Positions 12,520 through 27,314 of a stretch of 64,000 bases of DNA are shown one piece after another. Positions within the stretch are counted from its first letter, which is position 1. Each line of letters begins with the position of its first letter. Location of the stretch: NCBI GenBank assembly GCA_964016885.1, contig OZ024742.1, positions 208,444,001 through 208,508,000 on the forward strand. Direction: 5' to 3'. A model generated the notes under the pieces. It was not told the DNA's origin, did no database searches, and saw only the letters and a list, made by a program, of their open reading frames with translations. The stretch is from Eledone cirrhosa (lineage: Eukaryota). A program made the translations under genes and the position numbers.

Positions 12520-13606
12520 GTATAACCTATTAAAAGATTCCAGCAAAAACATGGACAATTATATAATACTATTTACAATATTCCATCTTTTAACTAAGTA
12601 TGCTTGCAATTATATCGGAAATCTGTCGATTATGCACAACTATTTCCGAATTTATGATATTTACTATTCTCCTACTTACATCTAATTTCCTTAAATCAGC
12701 AATCATAATTGCACTAAACTTTCAATTTCATAGGTAATGGCTCTCGGAAACGCTCTTTTGTTATTACTTTATGATTCTATATTCTTCAATCCAAAACCTC
12801 AAGCATTTCTCAACCTGCTTTGTTACACGCCCAACAATGAATATAACTCTTCATGTATTCACGTATATGATCGATGTATTAATGTTTTTTAAATTGAAAT
12901 CTTTGCATCGTGCTTTTGATATAAGGCCTTCACCCCTCTCTCCCCATTCTCCATTGCTTCATTCACTTTTTTCCTTTACTTTTTTCTTTCGAGTTCCTTT
13001 CTTTGTTTCATTTAAATATTATTATTTTGTCTAACAGCAATGTTATCTTATAGCATACACTTTCGTAATATATACGTTAATATCTTAAGCTTAAAGAAAA
13101 ATAGCACAAAGTCAGATATATAGAAATAGTTTTTATCAATCCTGATTAAGCAGATCTGTGTACGGCATTTTAGCCGTAAACATATAATCGTTTTCCTCCG
13201 TACAAGAAACCCAGTATCATATTATACATGTTATTTTCTAAGTCGGTTATGTGGGATTTGAGGGAAATATGCTGGTATTTCTAACAAGGTGAACGATCAC
13301 TTAAAATTTCCTTTAACTGGTCGATCTGCATATGCTGGTTCATATAGATAACTAGATGTTATGTATATATGTGAACATCTATGTGTGTAATGTGTATGGA
13401 CTGCATGTGTATGTGCTTTACATATAAAGTGGGTAAAGAGCGATAGAAAAAGAGGGACATAGAGAGATGGGTGTGACAGAATACAATATGATGATAACAT
13501 TTGCCTACTTACTACTTACAAATTGAATTCTTATATTTCATTCAGAGACCTTATCAACCCTCGTTGTACATCGAAGTGGAATCGTTACTGGTGGTCTTAC
13601 CATGAG

Positions 13607-13650
<44 letters not shown>

Positions 13651-14689
13651 TGTGTGTGTGTGTGTGTGTCCATAAGCGTGTGTGTGTGTGTGTGTGCATA
13701 AGCGTGTGTGTGTGTGTGTGTTTGTGTATGCGGGTGCGTGGGTGTGTATGCGCATGAGTGTATGTGTGCGTATGTGTGTCCGTGTTTGTTTGTGTGTATG
13801 TGTGTGTAAAGAGGAAATTAGGCGCAAAGAACGCGTGACAGGATGAAAGACAAAGAGTTTGAAAAAGAGGAAGAGAGTGGGACCGAAGAAATATTCAGGA
13901 AATGCTAAGATCGGTTTTACTATATATATGTGTGTGTGTGTGTGTGTGTATGAGAATCATCAGTGAATTGGACTGTTGTATAAGCTCTATCTCTAATTGA
14001 TCAATGTCACCATGCAAATATTCTTATGAAGATACACAAATATGTATGAGCACGAGTGAATATAGTCATAATGATTGATAATATCATTTTTTTTAAATTG
14101 TGGATAAATAAAGGAAAGAAAATAATCACGACTGTTTGGTAGATGCTTGTATTTAAGTATATTGTGTTATGTCTTTGCATTATTTGTTAAACTACCAGTA
14201 ATGTACTGGGTAATTGCTGGCCTTGTGCCAAAAGTAGAAACAACTATTTGCTATGTTTGTTTGTTTTTTCATAGTTCTGAATGTTTCGCTGGTGTTTTCA
14301 TTCTTTGAGCAGCTGATATTTGCGGAATCAGTTCAGAAATATAGCCTCAAATGTCATTGGATTCAGAAACGAAATCTCAAATATTCCTATAAAATTAAAA
14401 TTAAATCAGTAAGAGGACTGCCATGATACTTCGAATTGTAGTATTGTAATGAAACATATTAGTATTTGCATTTTACGATTTTGTTGTAATGATAGTGAAA
14501 CCTATTTGAGAAAACGTATTGAGACTAAGATTTGAAAGCAAATTTGAAAACACTCTTAAGGGGTGTGCAGGGATGAGAAACACCCTATTTAAAGACTATT
14601 TATTAAAACTATTCTATAAAATCGGTAAAGATTATTTGTGGCGGACAAAAATGACCGGGTACAATATCTAATATCTAAAATTTGTAGCA

Positions 14690-14955
14690 AGCCAGGAGAC
14701 TTGTGAGGCTGGTGCTTACCACGGTTTCGTGGCGTGAAGCGACTGAAAGTACAAGAACCCCCCAGGACAGGACTCACTCCATCGCAGGGTTAAACACCCA
14801 GCTAATGCTGGTACTCATTTTCAGCTGACTATACTGGAGCAACGTGAAATGAAGTGTTTCGCTCAAGAACACAACACACACCCCAGCCCAGGATCGATCT
14901 CATGACATTATGATCGTAAGTCCAACGCGGATACCACCGGATTACGCACCGCCAC
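14690..14955 (-). mobile_element. Second tRNA-derived SINE family (family B)
   Basis: Minus strand: tRNA-like head (gtaatccggtggta...gagatcgatcctggg), then gtgttgtgttcttgagcgaaacacttcatttcacgttgctccagt...aaatgagtaccagc. Confidence 0.7.
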
Positions 14956-15999
14956 AATATAATAAGCAAGTATGTTTTTAGGCAGTTAAACATATATTGC
15001 ATCGTTGCATACATTGCTATGTAGATAAAACAACCTCCCAATATCTGAGATGATTCATTTATTCCACGGTTATATTCTTCGCCTTTGCTGATAGAGTTCA
15101 GCAGTAAATAGATGACGCTGGGAATTTGGAGGTTAAGAGCGTTGAATTTAATGGGATATTGTGGAATGGATTCGGTTATCAAATTAGCTGTCTCGAACGA
15201 AATAAACATGAAGCAAATTCGGGATTAGCAGCTGCCTTCAAAAACAGAAAAAGGCAAAGATCTGACAATGTTGCATGTCGTAATGAACTAATGCATTGGA
15301 TATTCCCAGAACAATTCTCAGACTTTTGTCTTATTAGCATAAGATATCTGTGGTCAGATATTTCTTTTCAAATATAGATATGTAAATGGCTGTGTAGAAA
15401 TGGAGCTTGTGGTTCAGTGAACAGTCAAAACCGATTGACGGTTTGGGAGGTAATTCATGATAACAGCTATGATACAGATAGTTCAGATGAGGAAAGGCTT
15501 CATCTTCTTGAGCACAGATTCCGTATGAGATATTTTGAAATTTCCAAGGTTGATGACTTCACAGTAATGTGAAAGAGTTAGGTTTTGTGGGAGAAAAGAC
15601 GTTGATGGGACAACTAAAAGGAAGTGTATTATACGATTTTTTTATGTATAATAAGTATAAGGCGGAAATTAGCAGAGTCGTTAGGGCGCCGGATATAATG
15701 CCCTACGGTGTTCATCTCGACACTATGCACTCTAAGTTAAAATTTTGTCGAGGCCACTTTTTCTTTACATCCATTCGGGATGAGAAATTAAAGTTCTAGT
15801 CCACTACTGGAATCACTTCTCCTCTTTCTCTGTGGAAGAAATTGATTGTAATAATTCCTGGAGATAATAGCCCCCCCTCCCCTTTCTCTGGAAGAAATCG
15901 GTTGTAATAATCCCCGCAGAGAGTAACCGCCTTGCTCGTTGTCTCCTCCCAGTTCCTGTTCCACTGGAAGTCCAGACCAAGTGAGAAGCCGGACAACTT

Positions 16000-16495
16000 A
16001 ACGGCTTTCCAATTCAGACTGAGATGAAGATTAAACACAACAGGCCAAATATTATTGCAATTGAGAGGAGGGGAAGAAATTGTACCCTCATAGATATAGT
16101 TTATCATTTTGACACCAGAATTGAACGAAAAGAGGAGAAAATAGGGGCTTTGAGAGACTTAAAATATGAGATCTTGAAATACTGAAGTAACGAAGTGAGG
16201 ACAGTCACAATTGTACCAGTGATAATCGGTGTACATGATTTCAAAGAACATTGAAAACTACCTGCCGAAAATAGACTTTACACTAGGGATTCGACCGTTC
16301 GAGAAGGCATGCCTACCGGGAAGAGCCCGACTATCGATAAAGGTTCTGGACTAACAACAGTTATAAAATTACAAGGAATGATATGAAAATGGTAGAGTTA
16401 CTCTGGATTACTAGTTGCAACTCGGAATTTCCTAAAATAATCGGTCCAAAGTAACATCAAAATTGATTGTGATAAATAGCCAAATAATAATAATT
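16000..16495 (+). pseudogene. Degenerate R4/Dong-type 3' end (REL domain)
   Basis: FPIQTEMKIKHNRPNIIAI..CTLIDI..DTRIERKEEK..VTIVPVIIG, matching the C-termini of the Dong copies; ends in aataataataat. Confidence 0.75.
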
Positions 16496-16829
16496 GCATC
16501 TTTTTCGTCTCACCCTGCAACTCCTCAACATAGTGTTTACTATTAACTTCTTTATACTTTCTAAACTACCATAATTATTTCTTTGTATTTTATGGTTATA
16601 GTTTGTCCACAGGATTCGTATCAGAGTTACAAATAACAGACAAAAAATGGCAAGAAAAACAACAAAATATTTATTTGGTACATCGGAGAATGTAAAGTAT
16701 ATGAGAAATCAGGAGAGTGAAAGCGCGAGTGAGACAACGAGTGATTTGCTGACTGGTATAGTGACATGATGCATGTCTGTGCATATGTGTGCATGAATGT
16801 ACATGTGTATGTGTGGGTGGGTGTGTGTG

Positions 16830-16884
<55 letters not shown>

Positions 16885-17329
16885 ACGATTGAAAGGCATA
16901 GAAAACATAGAAGAGTTTAATATTGTGTTTTTCCAGAAAAAAAACTATACGCGATATTCGAAAGTAGTGTCCGCTTTCAAGCTATGATTTATTTTTTTTC
17001 TTGGTTAATATTAGTTTGTCTCTCTTTGCACATAACTGATGGATATGGAAGGAAAATAATAAAGAAGGTTTAAAAAAATGTGATCCATAACGATAAAAAA
17101 AATTAAACGCTTTCATTAAAAAAAAATACAAATGTCACTAATGTAGCAAAGCTGTTGGAGCTTTTTTCAACTAAAAAATTACTCCCCAAATCAAAGAGAA
17201 AGTAAATAAAAAATATTTTCCCCAAGTCATGTTTAATTTTAAAAATAAAACTGACATCGTTTTTCAGACACACCACTCATTTCCCTCAAACACGTATATC
17301 GACCTCCCAATATATATATATATTAAAAC

Positions 17330-18214
17330 AATGGAATTAAACACAAAACGGTTAATTCATAGTAAAAGAAATTATTTTAGGATCGTTTCTGGGGGTTAGT
17401 TCCCCGTATGTCCATTCAATTATAGATCTATGTAAAATATTACAAAATATCATAGTAAGAAAAAATACATACGTCTTCACTAACCGCCGTCTTCAAAAAT
17501 AATGAGTTTTGTTTATTGAAGAATACAAACAACCATACATATGAATAAGTAACGATATATAACCAGGTTGAAATTGACCAATAACTAGAATAGGAATTAT
17601 TAGGTTGGTAGTAGTAGATGAATAAATAGGCCGTCAGAGGATGAGGTATCAAATGACTTTTAAGAAAAGAAAGGAAAGATGTTAGTGTAAATGAATTTAG
17701 ACATATTGTATATAAAAGTGTTGATGGTCAAAGATGATTACTGTTGGAGGAAAAAGGGGTACTGAGATTAGTGTGTTACATCAAGTAGAATGATATAGAA
17801 CCATCTTAAAATGTTTGTTATTTCCTTGTTGTGAGGAATAATTTGTTCTAAAAATATATAATATAATATAATATAATAAGTTGAGGAATATAAATGAAAC
17901 CAAATGGAAGTGAAATTTAGATATAATACAGATACAATATTATATAGGTAAGAAAATACTAAAGTTTGTGTAAGTATTGTATTGTGTTAGAGTGGTTAGA
18001 AAGAAGTTTTCCCTGTAGGGATTATATTTTCGAATAAGAATCTACATTAATAATCTGTTGTTGTTTTTTTAAGGAGGTTTAAATGGATATCAGTTAAAGG
18101 TTTTGTTAGATTATTGAAAATAATGTAATATATAGTGGTAAATTATAGTTAATTACTTAAAACAGTTATAGGGATGAGTTATAGCATTTAATCGATGGAT
18201 TAATTCTAGTAGCA

Positions 18215-18247
<33 letters not shown>

Positions 18248-20525
18248 AACGCATATATATACACACACATATACATATACACACACGCACATACACACAC
18301 ACACACGTACACATATATATACATGCACACACACATACACATACTATATACACACACATACATATACATGTACACTCACACATGTATATATATGGGCATA
18401 CACTTATGCATACACATACATATACACCCACACATATACATATTCATACATACACATATACTCACACATTTATTCCCCTATATTATTTTCTATATTTGTT
18501 TATTTGTAATTATAATATTTGAATGTTCTTCTAATTATATGGTTACATACTATAATTAATTCTTGTCTTTTATTTAATAGAGTGTCCTTCGATTTAGTAA
18601 TTTCGAAAATTTCTTGGGAACACAGTCCACACTCCCTTCTATTGCCCTGATAAGACATATCTCTCTTAAGAACCTTCCAAGTTAGGTTATATTTAATATT
18701 CCTCTTTTTATAATGATTAACTGCTTCTGCTAAAGAAGTGGTATTAGCTAACTTTGTGTTTCGGAAACTGTGGGTGTGTGCATAAAATCTCGATTTAAAT
18801 GGATTAGAAGTGGATCCAGGGTTTACGGTTGGGTGGTTGCGGTCCGAATTGTTGTTAATTGGTGAAATTATACTGAATATAGTGTTTATAGAATCGTGGT
18901 TGTTTTGGAAGCTATTGGTTAGATCGGGTATGTAATTCTTAGTCCCTATTAAAGATGAGGAATATGGTAGTTGGTTGTAGGCTGAGGTGAGTGAGTGGAT
19001 GTAATATGTGGCGTATGCAGTAATACTCAGGTTATTCGTTGTATTATTACCATAGTTATCTTGTGTTTAGTGTGCTATTGTGTGTGGTATAGATGGAGCT
19101 TTTTTACATTTATTAATGTTTTATGTACTTATTTTTTGTTGTTAATTGCTCGATGTGGAGTAAGAACATTTTACTGTATTTCTGTTTAAGATTTGATGGT
19201 ATTTGTGGTTAGTTGGGAAATGCTTATCGAGAATTAAACATTTTTTTTTAGCGATTTGGCCCATAGTTTGCTAGTTGAATGGAGCGTTATACCATGTTAC
19301 ACTTCTTTTATGGTTTCTAAAAGGTTTCCTCTTATTATATTGGGTATGTATACAAGTGTGAGGGTAGATATTGTTATCAGACGAAATTATAATATTGTGA
19401 TTGTTATTATGGGTGTGAACTAATTGTTTAGTAGATTTTTAAATTGTATTAGTTTTTGATTTATTGCTTTTGGCTTGATTTGTAGAGGATATTGTGAGTT
19501 TTATTAATGGAGCATTATTGATAAGACCCTGAATTTCGGTATCATTCTTGTTATATCCGGTAGTTTGGATATGTTTCCCTGTTTTTTTTTTGGGGGGGGG
19601 GGGATTGCAAGGATGTAGTTTGGTTATGTTGAAGGTTCAATGAAATAGGTAGTATATCATTAGGTTTATTGTGAGAATTAAGATATAAGGTGTTATTATT
19701 AACTGCTTTTATAAGAGTAGTGGAGTTAGGTGTTTTCGTATGGTTTGTAGTAATATTATTAGGTAAGTTATAGACATATTCGGAATCGTTAGGATTGATG
19801 ATTTTTAGAGAATTTGTGTTATTCGTGTTAATGTGGATATTGGGAGTAATGGTAGGATCTAGGGTTTTCGGTGTTTCATTGCTTGCACTAACTTTTTCGT
19901 GTTTTCTACGGTGTTTGTTCCTTATGCTTGGCTGTATGCTAGGAGTATTCATGGTGTTAGGTATGTAAAATATTTTATCTTTGTAGCCACTTCTAGTTAA
20001 AGCCTCATTATAATAAGGTGCCTTTTTATAGAATATTTCTTCATTAGATGATAATTTAGATAGTCTGAGTGAGATATTGTAGACTAGATTTTTTAGTATG
20101 GAACTAGGGTGGTTAGATAGTGAGTGTATATAATGGGAGTTTTGGTTTGGTTTGTGGTAGGGTTGGTAAGGGCCTGTCGATAGGTATAAAGTGATGTCGA
20201 GGAAATTGACCATTTTAGTGCTATTTTCAAAAGTAACTGTAAGATTATAGTAATTTTTGAGGAATTTCCTAATATGCTTTTTATTTCTCTCAATTGCTGA
20301 GAGACTAAGATTGTTAGATAGAAGAAGACAGCCATCGCGATATAGACCACCTTTGAGGTGGGGAAAAGAGGAATTTAAATTATATAGGAGGAAGAGGTTC
20401 ACAAGGTCCGTAACTTGGGCGGAATCCATCGAGCCCATAGTAATATCATATAAATCACTATGTGTATTTCTAGTCTAATACTCGTCTTGGAATTCCAGTA
20501 GAGTTTGTCTGGGTGTGTGATAATC
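17330..20525 (-). mobile_element. Naiad-like Penelope element, 5'-truncated, first half of GIY-YIG deleted
   Basis: DITMGSMDSAQVTDLV, GGLYRDG, VNFLDITL, PYHKPN..YIHSLSNHP, APYYNEAL.RSGY (ORF 19551-20438); VTWYNAPF..DKHFPTNHKYHQILNRNTVKCSYS at ~19140-19300; ~1.1 kb 3' UTR. Confidence 0.9.
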
Positions 20526-20921
20526 TTAATTTCTGGACTTCCACGTGCATATAACATCTATAAATGTAAAAAGGTTCCATCTATACCACACACAATAGCA
20601 CACCACATACAAGATAACTATGGTAATAATACAACGCATAACCTGAATATTACTGCATACCCACCTGCTACATCCACTCACTAACCCCACCATCACAACA
20701 CAGCAGCCTACAACCAACTACCATGTTCCTCATCCTTAATAGGGACTAATAATTACATACCCAATCTAACCAATAGCTTCCAAAACAACCATGATTCTAT
20801 AAACACTATATCCAGTATAATTTAACCAACTAACAACAATTCGGGCCGCAACCACCCAACCGTAAACCCTTCTCTCCCAAATAAAAAGGTAAACACAAAT
20901 ACTGGCACTAATATTGAGAAT

Positions 20922-21383
20922 ATGGATAGCACATCTGATACCCTATATGCAAACGGTTGTAATTGTAGAATAAAAGATAATTGCCCCTTAAATGGAAATT
21001 GCTTAATTAATAATATAGTATATACATGTGTAATCACCACTAAGGACTCTAATCAATCATATATTGCATCCACTTCTAATCCATTTAAATCGAGATTTTA
21101 TGCACACACACACAGTTTCCGAAACACAAAGTTAGCTAATACCACTTCTTTAGCAGAAGCAGTTAATCATTATAAAAAGAGGAATATTAAATATAACCTA
21201 ACTTGGAAGGTTCTTAAGAGAGATATGTCTTATCAGGGCAATAGAAGGGAGTGTGGACTGTGTTCCCAAGACATTTTCGAAATTACTAAATCGAAGGACA
21301 CTCTATTAAATAAAAGACAAGAATTAATTATAGTATGTAACCATAAAATTAGAAGAACATTCAAATATTATAATTACAAATAA
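20922..21383 (+). pseudogene. GIY-YIG endonuclease domain of Naiad-like PLE (partial ORF)
   Basis: CNC/CPL-G-C cluster, VY..YI(A) motif, RF..H, C..C and C.H at the C-terminus. Confidence 0.85.
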
Positions 21384-22350
21384 ACAAATATAGAAAATAA
21401 TATAGGGGAATAAATGTGTGAGTATATGTGTATGTATGAATATGTATATGTGTGGGTGTATATGTATGTGCATGCATAAGTGTATTCCCTTATATATACA
21501 TGTGTGAGTGTACATGTATATGTGTGTGTACATATAGTATGTGTATGAATGTGTGTATATATATATATGTGTACGTGTGTGTGTGTATGTGCGTGTGTGT
21601 ATATATATATTTTTTTTCTGCTACTAGAATTAATCCATGGATTAAATGCTATAACTCATCCCTATAACTGTTTTAAGTAATTAACTATAATTTACCACTA
21701 TATATTACATTATTTTCAATAATCTAACAAAAACCTTTAACTGATATCCATTTAAACCTCCTTTTAAAAAAACAACAACAGATTATTAATGTAGATTCTT
21801 ATTCGAAAATATAATTCCTACAGGGAAAACTTCATTCTAACCACTCTAACACAATACAATACTTACACAAACTTTAGTATTTTCTTACCTATATAACATT
21901 GTATCTATATTATATCTAAATTTCACTTCCATTTGGTTTCATTTATATTCCTCAACTTATTATATTATATTATATTATATATTTTTAGAACAAATTATTC
22001 CTCACAACAAGGAAATAACAAACATTTTAAGATGGTTCTATATCATTCTACTTGATGTAACACACTAATCTCAGTACCCCTTTTTCCTCCAACAGTAATC
22101 ATCTTTGACCATCAACACTTTTATATACAATATGTCTAAATTCATTTACACTAACATCTTTCCTTTCTTTTCTTAAAAGTCATTTGATACCTCATCCTCT
22201 GACGGCCTATTTATTCATCTACTACTACCAACCTAATAGATCTATACTGCCCTTTCCTATTCTAGCTATTGGTCAATTTCAACCTGGTTATAAAACTTTA
22301 CTTATTTATATGTATGTTTTTTTTTTGTATTCTTCAATAAATAAAACTCT

Positions 22351-22481
22351 TTATTTCTGAAGACGGCGTTTAGTGAAGACGTATGTATATTTTCTTACTA
22401 TGATATTTTGTAATATTTTACATAGATCAATAATTGAATGGACATACGGGGAACTACCCCACACAAACGATCGTAAAATAA
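22351..22481 (+). ncRNA. Hammerhead motif with long stem II in the Naiad 3' terminal region (mirror copy on the minus strand at 17372-17502)
   Basis: Stem I ttattt/aaataa; CUGAAGA at 22357-22363; (C)AAAC-GAUC-GUA. The mirror copy keeps GAAAC. Confidence 0.7.
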
Positions 22482-22671
22482 TGAGTTTTACTATGAATTA
22501 ATAATTTTGTGTTTAATTTCATTGTTTTAATATTTCTATTTTTGACTCAATATCCAATGAAATATATCGTTGAAAAATTTGTATTTTAAACTTTGCTTCA
22601 CGACATCTTCTACATACAGATTACATTGAGTTCTTCATACGGATAGACCCTACCATTGATTGGTAGATTTA

Positions 22672-22792
<121 letters not shown>

Positions 22793-23875
22793 GTGTGTAT
22801 AAATACACTCAAGTTAACGATGTATCATTTAAGGCAATCCAAGTAGAGGTTATGAGTACTCTGGGTCGAGGATAGTTCTAACATTCGGCGTTGTTTGACT
22901 CAATAAGAAGTTTACATAGTTGTAGTGTTCGGGTGGCCGAGTCCATATAGTTACTAGGTAAGCAGTTCCTGGAGTATTCATAATAAAGGAGTGAAGAATA
23001 ACACGGTTCTGCTGTACAGTTGGGTTTATTCAACGTATTAACAAATGTTTCATTATTCCGGTGTGTCTAAAAACCTCTGTATGCCGTATGCCACGGCACT
23101 CGATTTTAATTACAGTTTACACCCAACCAAATACGGATTTGGTGATACAGTGCGTTAGTATCTATAGTTACATGAAACATAACAAGAATAATAATGAGAA
23201 TGAGAGTATAGTGACGATGGGGGTATTAGGATAGTGGCATGGAAGAAAATAGTATTAATATGAAAAAAATGTGGTATGAAAAGACAATAAGATAAAGATG
23301 GAAATAAAAATATAAGTAATAATAATAAAAATAGCGGTACAGGTGAAAGTAAAGATAGGAAGTGATCAGTGAGTACATAAAGTAACTGGACAGTGTAATA
23401 AAGTGGCATGAGATGAAACCAAAGGATAATGGTAACCGTGTAATAAGGTGGGATGAGAATAATATTGAAGGTTTTGATGTGATTGTCAGATAGGTTTGAA
23501 TGGCTTAAATGTCCATTTGTGTAGAAACAAAATAAAATTAGTGTGATAATTGTATTTGTGTATTATTGTTGAAAAAACTCTAAAATGCTGGGTGATATTG
23601 TTGGTGGGGGGATAGGTATATATATATAAATGAGAAGTGAGTGTCATTATAATTTGGAAGGGGATGTAAAGAAACGCACACACGCACACATACACACACA
23701 CAAACTCAGACGCGCGTGCGCGCATGCACACTTTCATACACCCACACACGTATGTATATATATATATATATATATAGGCATAAATACACATACATACATA
23801 TATATCTATATTCCTACACACGCACACATACACACAAACACAAACACACACAAACACACACACATACACGCACAC

Positions 23876-23915
<40 letters not shown>

Positions 23916-24055
23916 GACGTATTTTCTTATTTTACGTCTTTCATATAATTGTTCTGCATCCCCCTGCATTGAACCACCTAGGTACTATGACATAACTTAT
24001 GTATTTGCTAGCATTAGTGTACATCTGTACGCATATGTTGGTAAATATACTAATT

Positions 24056-24291
<236 letters not shown>

Positions 24292-24651
24292 CGCACGTAC
24301 ACACCACATTATCATTAGTATCACCCAACTCCTATTGGTGAAATTATGAGTTTCCTCCATGTATCGTACACCGCGTTCATCAAAACACTGTCATGTAGTC
24401 GATCGTCTTCTTCAATGATTTTCTTGTGGGTCAGGCTCAGGCGATTACATCTACGAGTGGCATCCGAGGAGCATAACTGAACTCTCGCCACAGCTTTACA
24501 TTGTTTCATTACTCTCGCAGCAGCTTCACTATGTCTCATTACATGTCCAGCGAAAGCGCGACGATTCTTTCATATGACAGTTAACATATTCGTAAAACGA
24601 CTACTTAAGATATTATTAGGCATGTTCGATGGCAAAGAGGTGTTAAGGGCA

Positions 24652-25033
<382 letters not shown>

Positions 25034-25114
25034 CTTATATTTAAGTAACAGCCGTACTATGTGTGAGAAATGAAATTTCGTTTCTTTTTTTCCATATATA
25101 TATATATAATATAT

Positions 25115-25163
<49 letters not shown>

Positions 25164-25199
25164 TATATTATATATATATATATAATATAATACATATAT

Positions 25200-27314
25200 A
25201 TGAATTTATTCTGCGTTCACAGATTGATTTTTTAGTTTCAGAAAATTCCGTTAAGGGTGAAAGCAGCGATTCTTTACTTAAATTTTAATCTGTTATTTCA
25301 ATAAATATTTGCTCTGGGATTCTTATACATTTGATATTTATCCTTATCAAACTCTCTTTGGATTGTAGTCTTCACATTTATTGTTATTACTATTTGGCTC
25401 CCTTGGTTGAGCACTCTATTGATTTATAATCATCATGCAGAAACATCTTTATATTTCTACAAAGAACATGCCAGTACCTAGCAGGAAGAAATATCTAAAA
25501 CTTCTGATACGAAAACCGGATTCATTCCTTAAAAGATTGCGTCGGCATGCCTTTTATTTCGATAACCACGAAAAAGCGGACAATAAACAGGATAAATTTG
25601 GGTTTTATATCTTATAATAAGCCTCCGAGTAACCCAGCGTTGCTACCCTTCGAAAACGATGTCTTGGAACTCATACGGAGTATCAAATTTCGGAATAGGA
25701 GCAATTCCTTCCAGCAGGACCTGAAGAATAGTGCCATGCGCGTCCACTCCGACAAAACTGGTAATCTATATCAACTGGGAGCGCAGTACTTACCATCAAC
25801 TGCTATATAATGCTGTAACTAAGGATTACTGGAAAACCAATCGGAGTGTCATTAATGATATCAACAACACTGGGTTTAAAATCCCTTCTGAACTCAAGAT
25901 CCAGGACCGGACTGAACCTCTGGACCCAATGTCTCTTTACCCTGAAGGATCACAAATACAATTTCGCTAACAACCCATCTATGCGGCTAATTAACTCTAC
26001 GAAGTCTGATTTAGGTAGACTTAGTAAAAGGATTTTAGATAGAATTATACCTGAAATTAGAAGCTTGGCCCCTCTTGCACTGTGAAATAATTATTTCCGG
26101 CGTTTGATTGGTTCAATGGCATATGCAACAAGGAACATTGCCGTTTTATCCAATTCAACATCAATAACTACTACTCCTCCATCACCTTACCACTTCTTTT
26201 TAGACCTATCAATTACGCTAAAACTCTCACGGTGGGTTTTGAAGTTAATGTCATCCTCAATGCCCGTAAGTCGGTGATTAATTTTAACGACTCTATTTGA
26301 ATAAAAAAAATCTAATAGTACTCCATTCGACGTGAGTATGGGCGCCAGTGATTCGGCGGAGGTTACAGGTCTTAGTGGCCTTTTCCTTCTTTTCTCTATC
26401 AAGGAATAATTCCCCAGCGTGGGCGGTGGTTGTACCGCGATGACGGTCTTTTGACCATGACAAACTGCAGTCCACGCGCTTGCGACAGGTTTAGAAAAGA
26501 ACTCACAGCCTTCTTTAAAGGCTTCAACCTCTCCATACAGGTTGAGGCCAACCTCTCAGTCGTTAATCACCTCGACATTATACTCAATTTGTCGAATGGT
26601 TTGCACTACCCGTATAGAAAGCCGAATGCTACGCTTAATTACATAAGTAAGCATTCTAACCTTCCTGCAAGCATAACCGAGAACCTGGTAAGGAACGTTT
26701 CTTTGAGGCTCTCCCGTCTATCTACAAACGAGAATATTTTCACCGACCATCCCACATATTACAATGAAGCTCTTGCTCGGAGTGGATTTGTCGATAAGGT
26801 AGCATATACTAAGTATGAGCATAAACCAAAGGAAAATAGATTCCGACGAATCATATGGTATAACCCACCATATAATATGGAGGTGGCCACACCATTAGCT
26901 AAGATCTTTCTCTCCATTATTAAGAAGCATTTCAGCTCAGCACATAAATATAATAAGATCTTTAATAGAAATCCCATTAAAATAACTTACTCTACGACTC
27001 CTAACATCACTGTTTCAAATTTAGCTAAACTACCTATCGGTAGGAACATGTGCAACCCTGTAGCCTGTACTAACTGTAATTGTAGGAATCGGGTTGGCTG
27101 CCACCTATCCGAGGAATGCTTCTCCAGTAACATTCTCTACACATGTAAGGTCGAAACACCCACGTCTAGTAGGGCCTACATAGGGTTAACGGCCAATAGA
27201 TTCAAGCAGCGTCTTTACATACACACCCATTCTTTTCTTAACCCTTTAAAAAGGAATATTACGTCACTTTCAGTTTATATCCGAATTGTGTTGACAACCG
27301 CTCAATGTATATGA
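25200..27314 (+). mobile_element. Second Naiad-like Penelope element, near full-length but frameshifted and 3'-truncated
   Basis: STKNMPVP..FLKRLR; DKTGNLY; TLKDHKYNFANNPSMRLIN; QFNINNYYSSI; FDVSMGASDSAEV; LYRDDGL; IIWYNPPY; CNCRNRVGCHL..YIGLTANRFKQR. Its 5' 100 bp recur inverted at 45860-45960. Confidence 0.9.

Larger units (their letters stand above)
20546..22530 (+). mobile_element. Inverted second copy of the same Naiad-like element's 3' part (GIY-YIG + 3' UTR)
   Basis: Reverse complement of ~17330-19130 plus an extra ~200 bp. ORF 20922-21383: CNCRIKDNCPLNGNC..IVYTC..YIAST..FKSRF..H..SF..CGLC..LLNKRQE..CNH. Confidence 0.9.

Noticed and set aside
24321-24570. Possible mariner N-terminal relic (..IIEEDDRL..)
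   Set aside because: The similarity is too weak and no TIR was found.
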